NCBI GenBank assembly: GCA_903929815.1
Contig: CAIYWD010000260.1
Location: 1 to 48,442 of the forward strand
Length of the DNA stretch: 48,442 nt
Direction: 5' to 3'
Source: an uncultured beta proteobacterium
GTDB taxonomy: Bacteria; Pseudomonadota; Gammaproteobacteria; Burkholderiales; Burkholderiaceae_C
In this document: positions 19,343 to 27,641 of the stretch, one piece after another
How positions within the stretch are numbered: position 1 is the first letter of the stretch
How the letters are laid out: each line of letters opens with the position of its first letter
Notes under the pieces: model-generated
What the model saw: only the letters and a program-made list of their open reading frames with translations
Database searches by the model: none
What the model was told of the DNA's origin: nothing
Position numbers and translations under genes: made by a program

Positions 19343-19466
19343 GTAACCGTTTAGGATATGGTCAACAATAAGTTGTGCATTTGGCCGTCGGAGTTGGGAT
19401 GCAATGCTAGGCGCAAATCCGACAAGCCAAATGCACAACTTATTCTTGACCATATCCTTAGACCCC
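19343..19466. mobile_element. MITE family C terminal repeat split by a MITE-B insertion
   Basis: GTAACCGT-TTA-[B]-TTA-GACCCC reconstitutes GTAACCGTTTAGACCCC seen at 34879 and 47935. Confidence 0.85.
19354..19457. mobile_element. MITE family B, short 104-bp form, TTA duplication
   Basis: GGATATGGTCAACAATAAGTTGTGCATTTGG ... CCAAATGCACAACTTATTCTTGACCATATCC; TTA at 19351-19353 and 19458-19460. Confidence 0.92.
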
Positions 19467-19648
19467 TCAGCGAATCAATGCATCGTAGATACTGTTATGA
19501 ATGTCAAGCCCCATGCAGCGACGGATCAAACTTTTTTCCAGATTTCAAGACTCCCAAAGCCACATGAATGAGTTTTCGCATCTACACACATCGTTATCCT
19601 GAAGATACGGATGGTTCTAAACGGAATCTGGTTGCCTCTGGAATCAAC

Positions 19649-22405
19649 ATGAATAAAGACACAAACTGTTCAAAGATTGAAGGAAATTCGTATTTCCATA
19701 GTCAGAAGTTGTTTGACTACTTGACCATGGGTGTCGTTTTTCAGGATGTTGACGGTCGTATCGTGGCTGCGAATCATGCCGCCCAGCAAATCCTCGGTTT
19801 AACCCTGGATCAAATGCGGGGGGTGACCTCTATAGACCCTCGCTGGTTGGCTGTCCACGAAGATGGCGCTCCGTTTTCGGGTGAAGATCACCCTGCGATG
19901 GTTGCCTTGAGAACGAAAAAACCTGTGCTGGATGTTGTGATGGGTGTCTTCAACCCCAAAATTGAATCGCAAACCTGGATCAACATTCATGCGTTCCCCA
20001 TCATCGACGATACAAATGCTTGTATCAGTGGTGTGTATGCGTTGTTTGAAGATGTCACCCAGCTCAAGCTGGCACACAAAAACGAACAGGAAAGCGACAC
20101 ACGATTTCATGCCATTTTTTCAGCCATGTCTGAAGGCGTGGCCTTGCACCAGCTTGTCTATGATGCACACAGAAAACCCACAGACTACACCATCATCGAT
20201 GCCAATCCTGCGTTTGAACGTCAGACTGGCATGAAACGGGCAGCCGTTTTGGGTAAGCTGGCCTCGCAAGTTTATGGGTCCGGAGAAGCGCCTTTTTTAG
20301 ACATTTTTTCAAAAACAGTGCTGACCCATGAACCCATCAAGTTTGAGCATTACTTTTCGCCCCTGCGACGGGTTTTTCTCATCAAGGCGTTCTCGTTTGA
20401 ACCCGACAGATTTGCTACTGTTTTTGAAGACATCACCGAATGCAAACAAGTTGAGGATCAACTGCGGTGCAGTCAAATCATGCTTGCCCGAACAGAAGGT
20501 ATTGCTCACATTGGCAGTTGGGAGTGGGACCCTGCTACAGATACCGTGACATGGTCTGATGAATTGTTCCGTATATTTCAACGCGACCCATCTATTGGTG
20601 CACCGTCTTTTGCAGAACACCCAACGCTTTATCGGCAGTCAGACTGGCAACGACTGCAAGATGCCGTTGGGCTTGCCTTAAGCCAGGCAACACCTTATGA
20701 ACTTGAACTTCACGCCATTCGCAAGGACGGTGCTGAGCGAGTTTGCTTGGCCCGTGGTCACGTAGAGACCAATGCTGACAAGCAAGTCGTGCGTCTATTT
20801 GGGTCATTGCAAGATATTACCAAACTTAAACAAACCCTTTTTGAGCGTGACTATCTGCTCAAAATTGTCGAGGAGTCGCCTGAATACATTGGAATGGTTA
20901 ACTTGCAGCACCGTTTTGTTTTTATGAACAGGGCGGGGCTCAGGCTGCTAGGGTTGCCAGAGGATATGGATGTCACCACGCTGGAAATCAAGGATGTTCG
21001 TCCCCAGCGGGTCATGAAGCACCTTATGGAGAATATTTTTCCCACCGTGTTGAATCAGGGTTTTTGGCAAGGCGAAACCTCAATGCTGCACAGCGATGGT
21101 CATGAGATACCGGTTTATCAAGTGTTGTTTGTTCAACGCGATGAATTCGGCCATCCGCAATATTTATCGACGGTCATTCGCGATATTTCCCAGCAGAAAG
21201 CCTATGAAAGCGAACTGACCCGGGCAAAAGAAACCGCAGAGGCAGCCAACCTTGCCAAAAGCAGATTTCTAGCCACCATGTCGCATGAAATTCGCACGCC
21301 CATGAATGGTATTTTGGGCATGGCACAGCTTTTGTTGATGTCTGAATTGACCGATGACGAGCGGCGTGAGTATGCAAGAACTATTCTGGTATCGGGACAA
21401 ACCCTATTGACTTTACTGAACAACATTCTTGACCTGTCAAAAATAGAAGCCGATCAATTGCAGCTAGACAGCACGGTTTTTGATCCTGCATCGCTTGTGC
21501 GTGAAACCAGTGAACTGTTTTTTGGTGCAGCGCTGGCCAAAAGGCTCAAACTTGAATATCGGTGGCATGGCACACCCGGACGCTGTTTCAAGGCTGATGC
21601 GTTCAGGGTGCGTCAGATGCTCTCAAACCTTATCGGCAACGCCATCAAGTTCACGAAAAATGGCAGTATCCACATTGAGGGTGTTGAAGGTGACGACGAT
21701 GGTGAGTCTGTCATGCTGGAGTTTTCAGTCAGGGACTCAGGCATTGGCATACCCCAGGACAAAATGGATTTGCTTTTCAAGCCGTTTTCGCAAACTGATA
21801 ATTCCATCACACGAGAATTTGGTGGATCGGGGCTGGGCTTGTCTATTGTTCGTACCCTGGCACAGCGCATGGGCGGCGATGTGGGCGTAGAAAGCCAATG
21901 GGGCACAGGCTCCAGATTTTGGTTTAGTTTGCGGGCGCATCCTGTGTTTGAGGATAATGAGAGTTGTTCTTCCGAGCATAAAAAGCACGATGCTGCGCAA
22001 GTTTCATCAGCACTGTCAGGCCGGCGGGTGCTGGTGGTTGAAGACAACGCTGTCAATTGCATGGTGATTGAATCCATTTTGTCCAAGCTGGGGATAAGCG
22101 CCACGATTGTTCACGACGGTCAGCAAGCGGTCGATATCATCATGAACGCAGATCACCCCGAACTTATTTTGATGGACATCCACATGCCGGTCATGGACGG
22201 TTACATGGCCACAGAGCGAATACGCCAATGGGAGGCCGCCCATCATCGGCCACGCCTGCCCATCATCGCCCTGACAGCCGATGCCTATGAACAAGACCAT
22301 CAGCATTGCCTGAACGTGGGCATGGATGATTATTTAACCAAGCCTGTTGTGATTGATGATTTGCAAATGGCTTTGGTTCGATGGCTAAAACCGCATAGTT
22401 CCTGA
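19649..22405 (+). CDS. Cytoplasmic multi-PAS hybrid sensor histidine kinase / response regulator
   Basis: Four PAS-like repeats, H-box FLATMSHEIRTPMNGILG, NLIGNAIKFT, DSGIGI, GGSGLGL, receiver VLVVEDN...LILMDIHMPVMDG...DYLTKP; ORF is open from 19568. Confidence 0.93.
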   Translation: MNKDTNCSKIEGNSYFHSQKLFDYLTMGVVFQDVDGRIVAANHAAQQILGLTLDQMRGVTSIDPRWLAVHEDGAPFSGEDHPAMVALRTKKPVLDVVMGVFNPKIESQTWINIHAFPIIDDTNACISGVYALFEDVTQLKLAHKNEQESDTRFHAIFSAMSEGVALHQLVYDAHRKPTDYTIIDANPAFERQTGMKRAAVLGKLASQVYGSGEAPFLDIFSKTVLTHEPIKFEHYFSPLRRVFLIKAFSFEPDRFATVFEDITECKQVEDQLRCSQIMLARTEGIAHIGSWEWDPATDTVTWSDELFRIFQRDPSIGAPSFAEHPTLYRQSDWQRLQDAVGLALSQATPYELELHAIRKDGAERVCLARGHVETNADKQVVRLFGSLQDITKLKQTLFERDYLLKIVEESPEYIGMVNLQHRFVFMNRAGLRLLGLPEDMDVTTLEIKDVRPQRVMKHLMENIFPTVLNQGFWQGETSMLHSDGHEIPVYQVLFVQRDEFGHPQYLSTVIRDISQQKAYESELTRAKETAEAANLAKSRFLATMSHEIRTPMNGILGMAQLLLMSELTDDERREYARTILVSGQTLLTLLNNILDLSKIEADQLQLDSTVFDPASLVRETSELFFGAALAKRLKLEYRWHGTPGRCFKADAFRVRQMLSNLIGNAIKFTKNGSIHIEGVEGDDDGESVMLEFSVRDSGIGIPQDKMDLLFKPFSQTDNSITREFGGSGLGLSIVRTLAQRMGGDVGVESQWGTGSRFWFSLRAHPVFEDNESCSSEHKKHDAAQVSSALSGRRVLVVEDNAVNCMVIESILSKLGISATIVHDGQQAVDIIMNADHPELILMDIHMPVMDGYMATERIRQWEAAHHRPRLPIIALTADAYEQDHQHCLNVGMDDYLTKPVVIDDLQMALVRWLKPHSS

Positions 22406-22413
22406 TGTCATTA

Positions 22414-22541
22414 GGATATGGCAACCATCAGTTTTCCACCTCATAATTTCAAAAAACATAGCAAACTATGCAGTACCAGAGCGGGTTATAGCCGAATTTT
22501 GTACAATTTTTGACGTAGAAAACTTTCCGTTAAGCGCTTAT
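22414..22541. repeat. Family E repeat (copy 1) preceded by a 12-bp stub of the MITE-B end
   Basis: 22424-22541 is a near-identical reverse complement of 24299-24420; TTA-GGATATGGCAAC at 22411-22425 resembles the B terminus. Confidence 0.85.
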
Positions 22542-22595
22542 GAAGTCCTGTAGCCAGGTACAGGCATAGCTGCCACCTACTGAGTAACCCCCGAT

Positions 22596-23267
22596 ATGCC
22601 TCGCCGCACCAAAGAAGATGCCCTTGCTACCCGTTGTCAATTGCTTGATGCTGCAGAGTGGGTTTTTTCTGAAAAAGGAGTTGCCAGAACCTCGTTGAGT
22701 GACATTGCACAGCAAGCAGGCGTGAGTCGGGGGGCCATTTATTGGCATTTCAAAAACAAGGCCGACGTGTTCAATGCGATGATGGATCGCGTCACCTTGC
22801 CCATGGAAGAAGCCTTGCACCAAAGTGGGCAACGGCCACAACAGGATTATTTGAGCGCTTTGGTCGGTGCCTTGCTGGATGCTGTTCGAAAAATTGCCAC
22901 TGACGAGCATACCCGTCGCGTCTTTGAAGTCGCTACCCACAAGGTGGAATTCATCGACGATCTGATGGCAGTCAAAGAGCGACAGGTGAAAAACCACCTG
23001 AAAATCGTCAGCCGGATACAAGATGCCATGCAAGTGGCATGTGCCGAACGCGGTTTGCCACCTTTGACACAACCGACGGCGCTGGCGCACGGGTTGTATG
23101 CGCTGGTGCTGGGGCTGGTTCAAAATTGGTTGCTGGTACCCGATGCGTTTGATTTGCCACCCACAACAGAGATTGCCATTGCCAGTTATTTGGCTGGATT
23201 GGGCCTGGGAGCGAGGGTATTGAATTTAGATTCAATGAATGGAAAAAATGTCGATAGCCTGCGTTAA
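22596..23267 (+). CDS. acrR: TetR/AcrR family transcriptional regulator
   Basis: MPRRTKEDALATRCQLLDAAEWVFSEKGVARTSLSDIAQQAGVSRGAIYWHFKNKADVF. Confidence 0.9.
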   Translation: MPRRTKEDALATRCQLLDAAEWVFSEKGVARTSLSDIAQQAGVSRGAIYWHFKNKADVFNAMMDRVTLPMEEALHQSGQRPQQDYLSALVGALLDAVRKIATDEHTRRVFEVATHKVEFIDDLMAVKERQVKNHLKIVSRIQDAMQVACAERGLPPLTQPTALAHGLYALVLGLVQNWLLVPDAFDLPPTTEIAIASYLAGLGLGARVLNLDSMNGKNVDSLR

Positions 23268-23999
23268 TAATGCCATAAAGGGTTTGTCAAGCATGGGTAA
23301 GGTGGATGCAATACCCACCATGCCGACGGTCAAGGTAATTGGAAAACCAATCGCATAAATATTCATTTGCGGTGCCACCCGAGACACTATACCTAATGCA
23401 AAATTGGCAAACATCATCATGCCAATCAGGGGCATGGCAATCCATAAACCGCTCGCAAAAATGGATGCCCCCAAACGGTACAGTTTCATGTATTGGATAG
23501 CTTGCAAGAAATTTTGATCGACAGGGAATGCCGTAAAACTGTTGATGACTGCCATCAGTACCATCAGGTGCGCATTCATGACGATAAATAAAAAGGTCGC
23601 CATCTGACCAAAAAATTTGGCTACTGCGCTGGTTTGTGCATTGAGAGAAGGGTCAAAAAAGGAGGCAAAGTTCAAACCCATTTGAAACCCAATCAATTCG
23701 CCCGCCAACTCAAATGCTGAAAATACCACCCGAATGGCAAAGCCAATCGCCAGGCCTACCCCCACTTGCTGAAGCACTGCACCTATGGCGCTTGAGCTGG
23801 TGATGCTGATGACTGTTTGCCCTTCCAGGCTAGGTTGAGCTGCCAGTGCCACAAAAAAAGACAATGCAACACGAGCACGAACAGGAAAAGCCCGAGATGA
23901 CAGCAAAGGAGCTGATGAAAAAACGGCCAGCGTACGCAAAAAAGGCCACAACAAGGGTGACAACCAAGTGGTGAGTTGTGTTTCTGTGAATGTAATCAA
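23232..23999 (-). CDS. fliR: Flagellar export protein FliR
   Basis: Hydrophobic; AGELIGFQMGLNFASFFDP, SRVAPQMNIYAIGFP; position after fliQ. Confidence 0.95.
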   Translation of the reverse strand: MITFTETQLTTWLSPLLWPFLRTLAVFSSAPLLSSRAFPVRARVALSFFVALAAQPSLEGQTVISITSSSAIGAVLQQVGVGLAIGFAIRVVFSAFELAGELIGFQMGLNFASFFDPSLNAQTSAVAKFFGQMATFLFIVMNAHLMVLMAVINSFTAFPVDQNFLQAIQYMKLYRLGASIFASGLWIAMPLIGMMMFANFALGIVSRVAPQMNIYAIGFPITLTVGMVGIASTLPMLDKPFMALLTQAIDIFSIH

Positions 24000-24017
24000 A
24001 ATGTTACATTACAAATG

Positions 24018-24287
24018 TTACATTACAAGTGCAGGAATGGCCTCGAAGGTACGACGAATGTAATCGACCAACATGCCCAACATCCACGGCCCGGCCAAGG
24101 CAAAAACTGCAACGGCGATCAGCAATTTTGGAACAAACGCCAACGTTGCTTCGTTGATTTGAGTGACAGCTTGAAACAGGCTAATCAGCAAACCGACCAC
24201 CAGAACGGCCATGAGCACGGGTGCTGAAATCATCATCAGCATCCATAAAGCCTCTTGGCCGATTGTCAAAACCATCTGAGCGTCCAT
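24018..24287 (-). CDS. fliQ: Flagellar export protein FliQ
   Basis: GLLISLFQAVTQINEATLAFVPKL. Confidence 0.96.
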   Translation of the reverse strand: MDAQMVLTIGQEALWMLMMISAPVLMAVLVVGLLISLFQAVTQINEATLAFVPKLLIAVAVFALAGPWMLGMLVDYIRRTFEAIPALVM

Positions 24288-24298
24288 GACGATACCTT

Positions 24299-24427
24299 AT
24301 AAGCGCTTAACGGAAAGTTTTCTACGTCAAAAATTGTACGAAATTCGGCTCTAACCCGCTCTGGTATTGCATAGTTTGCTATGTTTTTTGAAATTATGAG
24401 GTAGGCAACTTATGGTGAATCACTTAC
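24299..24427. repeat. Family E repeat (copy 2) in the fliP-fliQ spacer
   Basis: Inverted copy of 22424-22541; its ends ATAAGCGCTTAACGGAAAGTTTTCTACGTCA / GTAAGTGATTCACCATAAGTTGCCTACCTCA are degenerate inverted repeats; no clear TSD. Confidence 0.85.
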
Positions 24428-24429
24428 CT

Positions 24430-25194
24430 TCAAGTCACAAAGCTGGCAGCCAATGAGCCAATCAACAAATTCCAGCCATCTGCCAATACAAAAATCATCA
24501 ATTTGAATGGCAAGGCGACCAAAACTGGTGACAACATCATCATGCCCAAAGACATCAATATGCTGGCGACCACAATGTCAATCACCAAAAACGGAATAAA
24601 AATCATGAAGCCAATTTGAAAGGCGGACTTTAATTCGCTGATCACAAAAGCAGGCACCAAAACGCGCATGGGTGCCTGTAGCGCTGTGATGCCTGGTGTT
24701 AGCTTGCCAAGTTTCAAAAACAAAGCCAAATCAGATTGACGTGTTTGTTTGCTCATGAATTGGCGCATGGGTTCTTCGGCTTTCACGATGGCTTGTTCAA
24801 AAGGCATGGCATTGGTGCTATAGGGCAAGTAAGCTTCGCTATAGACGCGGTCAAGGGTGGGACCCATCACAAACAGGGTTAAAAACAAGGACAAACCTAC
24901 CACCACCTGATTCGGGGGTACGGCTTGTGTTCCAAGTGCTTGTCGCATCAGGGATAAAACGATAACGATACGTGTAAAACCCGTCATCATCAACAAAATG
25001 GCAGGTAAAAAAGACAGCGCTGTAAAAAAAAGCAGCGTTTGAACAGGGACAGAAAAACTGGTGTTGGCACCGCCAGTGCCAATCAACAGGGGCAGACTTG
25101 CTTGTGCCCACGCACCCCTGTGAAGGGTCAGCAGTATCCCTGCAAAAAACGCCAGACCGAGCCGGTGATGCCATCGAACAACGCACCAACTCAT
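24430..25194 (-). CDS. fliP: Flagellar export protein FliP
   Basis: MMTGFTRIVIVLSLMRQALGTQ, PAFVISELKSAFQIGF, LPFKLMIFVLADGW. Confidence 0.97.
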   Translation of the reverse strand: MSWCVVRWHHRLGLAFFAGILLTLHRGAWAQASLPLLIGTGGANTSFSVPVQTLLFFTALSFLPAILLMMTGFTRIVIVLSLMRQALGTQAVPPNQVVVGLSLFLTLFVMGPTLDRVYSEAYLPYSTNAMPFEQAIVKAEEPMRQFMSKQTRQSDLALFLKLGKLTPGITALQAPMRVLVPAFVISELKSAFQIGFMIFIPFLVIDIVVASILMSLGMMMLSPVLVALPFKLMIFVLADGWNLLIGSLAASFVT

Positions 25195-25209
25195 GATATA
25201 AAAAGTAAT

Positions 25210-25527
25210 TCAGGACGAAACATAAGCTGGTTCGTCTTGGGACAGCGCTGTTTTCAGGTGATGGTCAAATGTCACAGGTGTGCTGTGCAAACAAGTGATA
25301 GTCTGCGGTGTCACCCCCAGAGTGAGCCAAGTGCGATTGTTTTGTGGGCCAACCTCTACCGTCACCACCCGCTGCTGCGGCCCCACCCCCACCGCAGACA
25401 CAATGCGATTGGCCCCCACTGTGGCAGTGTTCAGGCCGGCAACACGCCGTTGCAGCCACTTCAAAGCCAAAGGTAAAAGCCCCAAAACCAGGAGCAATAG
25501 AACAATCGGAAACCAGGCTTGCAACAT
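25210..25527 (-). CDS. fliO: Flagellar protein FliO
   Basis: N-terminal TM helix then VGVGPQQRVVTVEV...LTLGVT; between fliN and fliP. Confidence 0.85.
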   Translation of the reverse strand: MLQAWFPIVLLLLVLGLLPLALKWLQRRVAGLNTATVGANRIVSAVGVGPQQRVVTVEVGPQNNRTWLTLGVTPQTITCLHSTPVTFDHHLKTALSQDEPAYVSS

Positions 25528-25549
25528 GATGAATGTTTTTCTCGAAAGC

Positions 25550-25978
25550 CTATCCGCCCTTGCTGACACGACGCAATCGCTCTGACGGTGTGACAACGTC
25601 GGTCAATCGAATGCCAAACTTGTCATTGACCACCACGACCTCACCTTGCGCAATCAGATAGCCATTGACCAAAACGTCCATTGGTTCACCTGCCAACGCA
25701 TCAAGCTCAACCACAGAACCTTGTCCCAATTGCAAAATATGCTTGATGGGGACTTTGGTGCGACCAAGTTCAACCGACAGTTGAACAGGAATATCAAGCA
25801 CCCTGTTGATATCGTTGATGGGTACATCAATTCCCCCTACTGAAAATGACCTTGGATGCTCACCTGACAACACCCCGCCAGGGTCACTCACACTGGTGCT
25901 GGTCTCCGCACTTTTTTGTTCCATCAACGCTTCAGCCCAATCGTCCATTGCGTCATCTTCAGGGGATTTGTCATTCAT
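25550..25978 (-). CDS. fliN: Flagellar motor switch protein FliN
   Basis: DDWAEA, LDIPVQLSVELGRT, GEVVVVNDKFGIRLTD. Confidence 0.97.
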   Translation of the reverse strand: MNDKSPEDDAMDDWAEALMEQKSAETSTSVSDPGGVLSGEHPRSFSVGGIDVPINDINRVLDIPVQLSVELGRTKVPIKHILQLGQGSVVELDALAGEPMDVLVNGYLIAQGEVVVVNDKFGIRLTDVVTPSERLRRVSKGG

Positions 25979-26972
25979 TGCGTTCACCTTTCCAGTTGGT
26001 GTCATTACTTCTTAAACATTTGTCAATTTTGAGCGCATATTTGGCATTATGAGTTCCGTATTGGCATTCAAAAATAGGGACTCCGTCGATTTTGGCCTGA
26101 ATACGAGGTTTGCGATCAAGCTCAATAAAGTCCCCTTTCTTCATGGCCAACAATTGCTCCACAGTGGTATCGGCGTGCGCAAGTTCTGCCACCAAAACCA
26201 CAGGCGCAGCCTGAATCTCTTGGGTGAGCACGTTCACCCAGCGTTTGTCAACCTCAATTGAATCACCTTGCGTGGATGAATACAGCACGTCACGGATGGG
26301 TTCTAGCGTGGCGTAGGGCATGCAAAAATGAATGGAACCGGTAATTTCGCCAATTTCAAGTTGAAATGAAGTTGAAATAACGATTTCGCTCGGTGTGGCA
26401 ATATTGGCAAATTGTGGCTGCATTTCAGATCGTTGGTATTCAAGCTCCAGTGGATAAATGCCAACCCAGGCTTTTTTGTACTCGGATGTAATAACATCCA
26501 CCAAACGATTGATCACGCGCTGCTCTGTGGCTGAAAAATCACGGCCTTCAATACGGGTCTGGAATTTTCCAATTCCCCCATACAAGGATTCAATCACACC
26601 AAAGACCAAAGCGGGTTCGCACACCACCATGCCACTGCCACGCAAAGGACGAATGGCCACAATATTGAAATTGGTGGGCACCGCCAACTCGCGCAAAAAG
26701 GCGCTGTAGCGTTGCACCGTGACAGGACCTACTGAAATTTCGGGACTTCTGCGAATGAAATTGAACAGACCCACGCGCAAATTGCGGGCAAATCTTTCAT
26801 TGACGATTTCCATCGTGGGCATACGCCCACGAACGATGCGTTCCTGGCTTGAAATGTTGTAGGGGCGAACTTCACTACTGTCATGCACCTCTTCCGTGAG
26901 CCTTTGACTCTCACCCGTGACACCTTCAAGCAGGGCATCAACTTCTTCCTGGGATAGGAAAGACTCACTCAT
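25971..26972 (-). CDS. fliM: Flagellar motor switch protein FliM
   Basis: LSQEEVDALL CheY-binding peptide, ERIVRGRMPT, EGRDFSATE. Confidence 0.97.
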   Translation of the reverse strand: MSESFLSQEEVDALLEGVTGESQRLTEEVHDSSEVRPYNISSQERIVRGRMPTMEIVNERFARNLRVGLFNFIRRSPEISVGPVTVQRYSAFLRELAVPTNFNIVAIRPLRGSGMVVCEPALVFGVIESLYGGIGKFQTRIEGRDFSATEQRVINRLVDVITSEYKKAWVGIYPLELEYQRSEMQPQFANIATPSEIVISTSFQLEIGEITGSIHFCMPYATLEPIRDVLYSSTQGDSIEVDKRWVNVLTQEIQAAPVVLVAELAHADTTVEQLLAMKKGDFIELDRKPRIQAKIDGVPIFECQYGTHNAKYALKIDKCLRSNDTNWKGERNE

Positions 26973-26990
26973 ATAACGTATTAAAAAAGT

Positions 26991-27587
26991 TCATTGAATG
27001 ACAAGACTGGAAAATAAAACACCAGTGACGGGATATTCGACGACTTGTCTCCTCTTTTTTTTCTTTTTTGCACTCGTTTCTTCTTCTTGGTCCTCGGCAT
27101 CACCTCCAAAGGGCACAGAAGCTTCACGCAAAATAGCGTCAATCAATTTCTGCTTTCCATCTGCACTCAGCAGTTCACTGGATGTCCTTTGCGATAGCAA
27201 AATCAGGACACCGCTGCGAATGGTTGGCAAATACGCCTTGACTGACTCAGCAGATTTAGCATCGGACAACTCAAAAACGATTCCCACTTGAGCCACTTTT
27301 TCGCCACCTTCGTCTGCGAGGTTCACCACCATATTGTCAAGCGGTAGATAGACAGGTGGTGTTTTGGGAGCGTTGTGATCGACTGCCTTTTTTGCCACAG
27401 GGGCGGGGTGAGCAGCAGGAGCTTCTGATTGACCATCGTCTGCATGTTTCTTGTTCAACATCAAAAATGCAACACCACCACCTAAAACCAATACAATAAC
27501 CAACCCAATGATAAGAAACAGCTTTTTATTACTCTTGACCGGTGGAGTAGTGGCATTTGCGCCTGCATCTGCATGTTTGGTAGCCAC
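26991..27587 (-). CDS. fliL: Flagellar basal-body protein FliL
   Basis: Basic N-terminus plus TM helix, LDNMVVNLAD, VLFSSLVIQ. Confidence 0.92.
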   Translation of the reverse strand: MATKHADAGANATTPPVKSNKKLFLIIGLVIVLVLGGGVAFLMLNKKHADDGQSEAPAAHPAPVAKKAVDHNAPKTPPVYLPLDNMVVNLADEGGEKVAQVGIVFELSDAKSAESVKAYLPTIRSGVLILLSQRTSSELLSADGKQKLIDAILREASVPFGGDAEDQEEETSAKKKKKRRQVVEYPVTGVLFSSLVIQ

Positions 27588-27641
27588 AATTTATCCTTTG
27601 CAAAAATTCAATTCTGATATGAAACGCTCCCAAGTCTAACG

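Noticed and set aside
19358-19567. Small ORFs beginning MVNNKL/FCIW (also 34826-35098) and ORFs 17099-17508, 39059-39412, 47925-48287
   Set aside because: They are translations of MITE sequence, not independent genes.
19610-19630. TGGTTCTAAACGGAATC as the right TIR of the C element starting at 19343
   Set aside because: Several mismatches including the terminal bases, and no matching 8-bp TSD.
23999-24026. 14-bp tandem duplication AAATGTTACATTAC at the fliQ stop / fliR start, and a 7-bp repeat at the purF stop (43669-43688)
   Set aside because: Real but only two units each; lengths match no TSD seen here, so most likely slippage with no frame effect.
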